From an uncultured Aliarcobacter sp. (lineage in GTDB: Bacteria > Campylobacterota > Campylobacteria > Campylobacterales > Arcobacteraceae), in assembly GCA_963664305.2 (NCBI GenBank), contig CAXXLV010000002.1, positions 512,001 through 576,000 on the forward strand: a stretch of 64,000 nt of DNA. Reading direction: 5' to 3'. Shown in pieces: positions 60,528-64,000 of this stretch. The position numbers were made by a program, and so were the translations under genes. A model generated the notes under the pieces. That model saw nothing but the letters and a program-made list of their open reading frames with translations, did not search any database and was not told the DNA's origin. The stretch's first letter is position 1, and each line of letters opens with the position of its first letter.

Positions 60528-60602
60528 TGGATGGGGTAGAAGGATTCGAACCTTCGAATGACGGTACCAAAAACCGTTGCCTTACCACTTGGCGATACCC
60601 CA
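60528..60602 (-). tRNA. tRNA-Gln(TTG)
   Basis: TGGGGTATCGCCAAGTGGTAAGGC...ACGGT-TTTTGGT-ACCGT...GTTCGAATC...CCCCATCCA. Confidence 0.95.
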
Positions 60603-60619
60603 AGCTTTTAAGTGATGGA

Positions 60620-60648
60620 ATTATAGTTAAATAACTATTTGTTGTCAA
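60620..60648 (-). promoter_or_regulatory. Consensus sigma70 promoter of the tRNA operon
   Basis: Minus strand TTGACA (60648-60643), 17 nt, TATAAT (60625-60620), 17 nt upstream of tRNA-Gln. Confidence 0.85.
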
Positions 60649-60721
60649 GCCCTTTTAGATTAAATTTTGGATTTTTTGATATAATATTTAAATATAAAAT
60701 AATTAATTATAAAGAAGAAAT

Positions 60722-61753
60722 ATGAATGCAATACAAAGAGTACAAGAAGCTATAAAAGAGATTCAAAAAGGTAATATGGTAATTATGTTGGATGATGAAG
60801 ATAGGGAAAATGAGGGTGATTTAGTTTATGCTGCACCTTTAAGTACTCCTGAAAAAGTTAATTTTATGGCTACCCATGCAAAAGGTTTAATTTGTGTATC
60901 TGTTACAAAAGAAACAGCAAATAGATTACAGTTAAATCCAATGGTTAGTTCAAATACTTCATCTTATGAGACTGCATTTACAGTTTCTGTTGATGCAGCT
61001 GATGCAAGTACAGGAATTAGTGCAAAAGAGAGAGATGATACAATAAAAATTTTATCAAATCCTATCTCAAATCCTTTAGAATTAGTAAGACCTGGGCACA
61101 TTTTTCCATTAATTGCAAAAGATGGTGGAGTACTTGTTAGAACAGGACATACAGAAGGAAGTGTAGATTTATGCAAGTTAGCTGGACTAAATGGTGAAGC
61201 AGTTATTTGTGAAATCATGAAAGAAGATGGAACAATGGCTAGACGAGATGATTTAGATATATTTGCACAAAAATATGATTTAAAGCAAGTATATATATCA
61301 GATTTAGTTGAATATAGATTATCTCATGAAAAATTAGTAGAAGAAATTTCAAGTGTAAATAAGAAATTCTTTTCAACTGATACTTTACAAAAAGAGTTTA
61401 AAGATCATTTAGGAAATATTCATACAGCTATCATTTTTGGTGATATAAAACAAGTAAGTCATATAAAATTTCATACAATTGTTCCTGATATTGATTTATT
61501 TTTAAATGATGAAAAATTACATTCAATGTTAAAAACAATTAATTTCTTACAATCAAAAGGTGGAGTTCTTATTTTCTTAAGTGATGAAATGAGAAAAAAA
61601 GAGACTCAAAAAGATTATGGAATAGGGGCTCAAATCTTAAATTCTTTAAATATTAAACAAATAAAACTTATGACAAGTGGAGGTAAACACTCTTTTGTTG
61701 GATTACAAGGTTTTGGTTTGGAAATTGTTGAGGAGATACAAATAGAGTGTTAA
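60722..61753 (+). CDS. ribB: 3,4-dihydroxy-2-butanone-4-phosphate synthase fused to a degenerate GTP cyclohydrolase II domain (RibBX type)
   Basis: DDEDRENEGD, AFTVSVD, RPGHIFPL, RTGHTE, ICEI; C-domain keeps DYGIGAQIL but lacks the RxHSEC/CDC Zn ligands. Confidence 0.93.
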   Translation: MNAIQRVQEAIKEIQKGNMVIMLDDEDRENEGDLVYAAPLSTPEKVNFMATHAKGLICVSVTKETANRLQLNPMVSSNTSSYETAFTVSVDAADASTGISAKERDDTIKILSNPISNPLELVRPGHIFPLIAKDGGVLVRTGHTEGSVDLCKLAGLNGEAVICEIMKEDGTMARRDDLDIFAQKYDLKQVYISDLVEYRLSHEKLVEEISSVNKKFFSTDTLQKEFKDHLGNIHTAIIFGDIKQVSHIKFHTIVPDIDLFLNDEKLHSMLKTINFLQSKGGVLIFLSDEMRKKETQKDYGIGAQILNSLNIKQIKLMTSGGKHSFVGLQGFGLEIVEEIQIEC

Positions 61754-61765
61754 AACACTCTATTT
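61740..61765. terminator. Bidirectional terminator hairpin
   Basis: AAATAGAGTGTT-AA-AACACTCTATTT between convergent genes. Confidence 0.7.
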
Positions 61766-61766
61766 A

Positions 61767-62261
61767 TTAATAAATTCCTGCAGCTGATTTGATTAGTTCT
61801 AAAGTTCTTTGTGGGATAATTAATGATTCAGCTAATTTTTCTTTATTGTCTTTGTAGTATTTTGATTCTAAAATAGCATTTATTTTGTCTTCAAATTTTT
61901 GAATAACTGTTTCTTGTGTATCTTTATCTTCAATATTTAAAAATTGTTTAGGTTCTTGATTTTTAACACGAGTTAATCTGTAATTAAATAGATATAAATT
62001 ATCGAAGTCTTCATTAAAAGTTTTACAAATTTCTTTATAAACATCATCTAACTCTGCTTCGTATTTTTTATAAATTATTCCAGCACTGTCATTTAGAGCT
62101 TTTGTAAAATTATCATAATCTACAAATAATTCTTTTAAGACACTATCATCTAAACTATCATTATTTACATCAAATTTCTTTGATAATATATGATTACAAC
62201 AATAATAAACAACTTCTTCTTGATTTTGTTTGATATTTTCTAAAAAAACAGATAATTTCAT
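61767..62261 (-). CDS. Hypothetical protein
   Basis: 164-aa ORF with GGGAG RBS. Confidence 0.75.
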   Translation of the reverse strand: MKLSVFLENIKQNQEEVVYYCCNHILSKKFDVNNDSLDDSVLKELFVDYDNFTKALNDSAGIIYKKYEAELDDVYKEICKTFNEDFDNLYLFNYRLTRVKNQEPKQFLNIEDKDTQETVIQKFEDKINAILESKYYKDNKEKLAESLIIPQRTLELIKSAAGIY

Positions 62262-62289
62262 AATCTTCTCCCATTTTTATATTAAAAGG

Positions 62290-62311
62290 AAAGAGTGAAT
62301 TAACACTCTTT
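62290..62311 (-). terminator. Hairpin downstream of pckA
   Basis: AAAGAGTG-AATTAA-CACTCTTT followed by a T-rich tract on the minus strand. Confidence 0.55.
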
Positions 62312-62343
62312 CAACAATTCTTTTTTTATGAGAGAATTATAAC

Positions 62344-63924
62344 TTATAAAACTGGTCCTGCAGCTGTGAAATCATATTCACTTTCTAAAGTTAAGTATTT
62401 TTTAAAGTTAGTGATATACATTGAAGCTAATTTCTTTTTAGTTTCATCATATGAAGCCTTGTCTTCCCAAGTATTTCTTGGATTTAATACTTCTGTATCA
62501 ACTCCTTGTAAAGTTTTTGGAATAGATAAATTAAATACTGGTAATGTTTCAAATTCAGAATTTTCGATAGAACCATCTAAAATTGCATTGATACATGCTC
62601 TAGTATTTTTAATACTCATTCTTTTTCCAACACCATATGGACCACCCGTCCATCCAGTATTTACTAAATAAACATTTACATTATGTTTATCTATTTTTTT
62701 ACCTAAAAGTTCAGCATAAACAGTAGGATTTAAAGGTAAAAATGCTTCTCCAAAACATGAAGAGAAAGTAGCAATTGGTTCAGTAATTCCTCTTTCAGTT
62801 CCTGCAACTTTTGCAGTATAACCACTTAAGAAGTAGTACATAGCTTGTTGTTTATCAAGTTTTGCAACAGGAGGTAAAACTCCAAATGCATCAGCACATA
62901 AGAAAATTATATTTTTGGGATGACCACCTCTCATATCTGGAGTGTGATTTGGGATATGATCTAATGGATAAGAAACTCTTGTATTTTCTGTTTTTGAACC
63001 ATCTGTATAATCAACAACACCATTTTCATCAGCTACAACATTTTCTAAAATAGCACCTTTTTTAATAGCGTTAAAAATTTCTGGCTCACTAGATTTATCT
63101 AAGTTAATAACTTTAGCGTAACAACCACCTTCAAAGTTGAAAATTCCTTCATCATCCCAACCATGTTCGTCATCACCAATTAAAGCTCTATTTGGATCTG
63201 TAGAAAGAGTAGTTTTACCTGTTCCTGATAATCCAAAGAATAAAGCTGTATCACCATCTTTACCGATATTCGCAGAACAATGCATTGGTAATTTACCTTC
63301 TAAAGGAAGCCAGTAATTCATCATTGAGAATACACCTTTTTTCATTTCACCTGCATACCAAGTTCCACCAATAATTGCTGTATTTTCTTCAACATTAAAT
63401 ATTACATAAACTTCTGAGTGTAAACCATGACTAACATAAGCCATATCAACTGTTTTACAAGAGTTGTAAATTGTAAAATCAGGTTTAAAATTGTCTAATT
63501 CTTCTTGAGTTTGAGGAACAATAAACATATTTTGAATAAAATGTGCTTGCCACGCAACTTCAGTTATAAATCTAACTGATTTTCTTGAATCAAGAGAAGC
63601 TCCACAATAAACATCAGTAACAAAAATATCTTTATTACTTAATTGTTTTTTTGAATTCTTTAATAAATCTTCATAAACTTCTTTAGAAACTTTGTGGTTA
63701 ATATCACCCCATGCAATATATTTATTTGATGGATCTTGATTTACAAAGAATTTATCTTTAGGACTTCTTCCTGTAAATATACCTGTATCAATCATTAAAG
63801 CACCAGTAGAAGATACTTTAGCACCTTCATTTTCTACAGCATATTTGATTAATGAATCTACATCTAAATTTCTTTTTACAATTCCAACGTTTTCTAAACC
63901 TAATGAGTCTTTAATTTCAGACAT
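62344..63924 (-). CDS. pckA: Phosphoenolpyruvate carboxykinase (ATP)
   Basis: [52 protein letters not shown]. Confidence 0.98.
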   Translation of the reverse strand: MSEIKDSLGLENVGIVKRNLDVDSLIKYAVENEGAKVSSTGALMIDTGIFTGRSPKDKFFVNQDPSNKYIAWGDINHKVSKEVYEDLLKNSKKQLSNKDIFVTDVYCGASLDSRKSVRFITEVAWQAHFIQNMFIVPQTQEELDNFKPDFTIYNSCKTVDMAYVSHGLHSEVYVIFNVEENTAIIGGTWYAGEMKKGVFSMMNYWLPLEGKLPMHCSANIGKDGDTALFFGLSGTGKTTLSTDPNRALIGDDEHGWDDEGIFNFEGGCYAKVINLDKSSEPEIFNAIKKGAILENVVADENGVVDYTDGSKTENTRVSYPLDHIPNHTPDMRGGHPKNIIFLCADAFGVLPPVAKLDKQQAMYYFLSGYTAKVAGTERGITEPIATFSSCFGEAFLPLNPTVYAELLGKKIDKHNVNVYLVNTGWTGGPYGVGKRMSIKNTRACINAILDGSIENSEFETLPVFNLSIPKTLQGVDTEVLNPRNTWEDKASYDETKKKLASMYITNFKKYLTLESEYDFTAAGPVL

Positions 63925-63953
63925 AATTTAACTTTCCTACTTGTTAATTTTAA

Positions 63954-64000
63954 TTATTTAAATATCGATAAAAGGACACCAGCAGCAACTGCTGAACCAA
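63954..64000 (-). CDS. oadB: C-terminus of a Na+-translocating decarboxylase beta subunit (partial, runs off window end)
   Basis: Manual translation ...GSAVAAGVLLSIFK-stop, resembling the OadB C-terminal (I)GSAVAAG motif; only ~15 codons visible. Confidence 0.65.
   Translation of the reverse strand, partial: GSAVAAGVLLSIFK

Noticed and set aside
60603..60721. FMN riboswitch upstream of ribB
   Set aside because: The region is short, AT-rich, occupied by the tRNA promoter and lacks RFN consensus blocks

Overview
AT-rich chromosomal window from a Campylobacterota bacterium, most likely Arcobacteraceae; this is inferred from gene content, synteny and protein style, with no database search. Most of it is housekeeping: dnaJ (partial), recR, dut, argG, trpD, tsaE, lptB, kdsB, polA, lgt, comEC, queA, tatCB, nadE, lpxK, hemN, argF, nrdDG, hemB, ribA, rsmG, glyS, four tRNAs, ribB, pckA and oadB (partial). 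Several accessory modules are interspersed. (1) The best candidate for an undescribed system is a tightly coupled minus-strand operon at 4113-10224. It encodes an M20 glutamate-carboxypeptidase-like peptidase, a RimK-type ATP-grasp ligase, a divergent ATP-grasp fused to ComEA-like helix-hairpin-helix domains, and a large signal-peptide-less M14 carboxypeptidase with FN3-like domains. A Pho-box-like repeat lies exactly 10 nt upstream of its -10 element. Together this suggests a regulated peptide 'writer/eraser' system. (2) The class III ribonucleotide reductase is split: its glycyl-radical motif (RVMGY) sits on a separate 54-aa ORF missing from the ORF track. (3) An ovothiol synthase gene (ovoA) ends an rraA-GGCT-membrane/TPR operon. 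(4) A solute-binding protein / hybrid kinase / HD-GYP module lies next to tRNA-Thr. (5) There is also an HTH-fused dimeric dUTPase and a small internally duplicated tetraheme cytochrome c. No CRISPR array, transposase, integrase or rRNA was seen. All functional calls come from motif recognition by eye.
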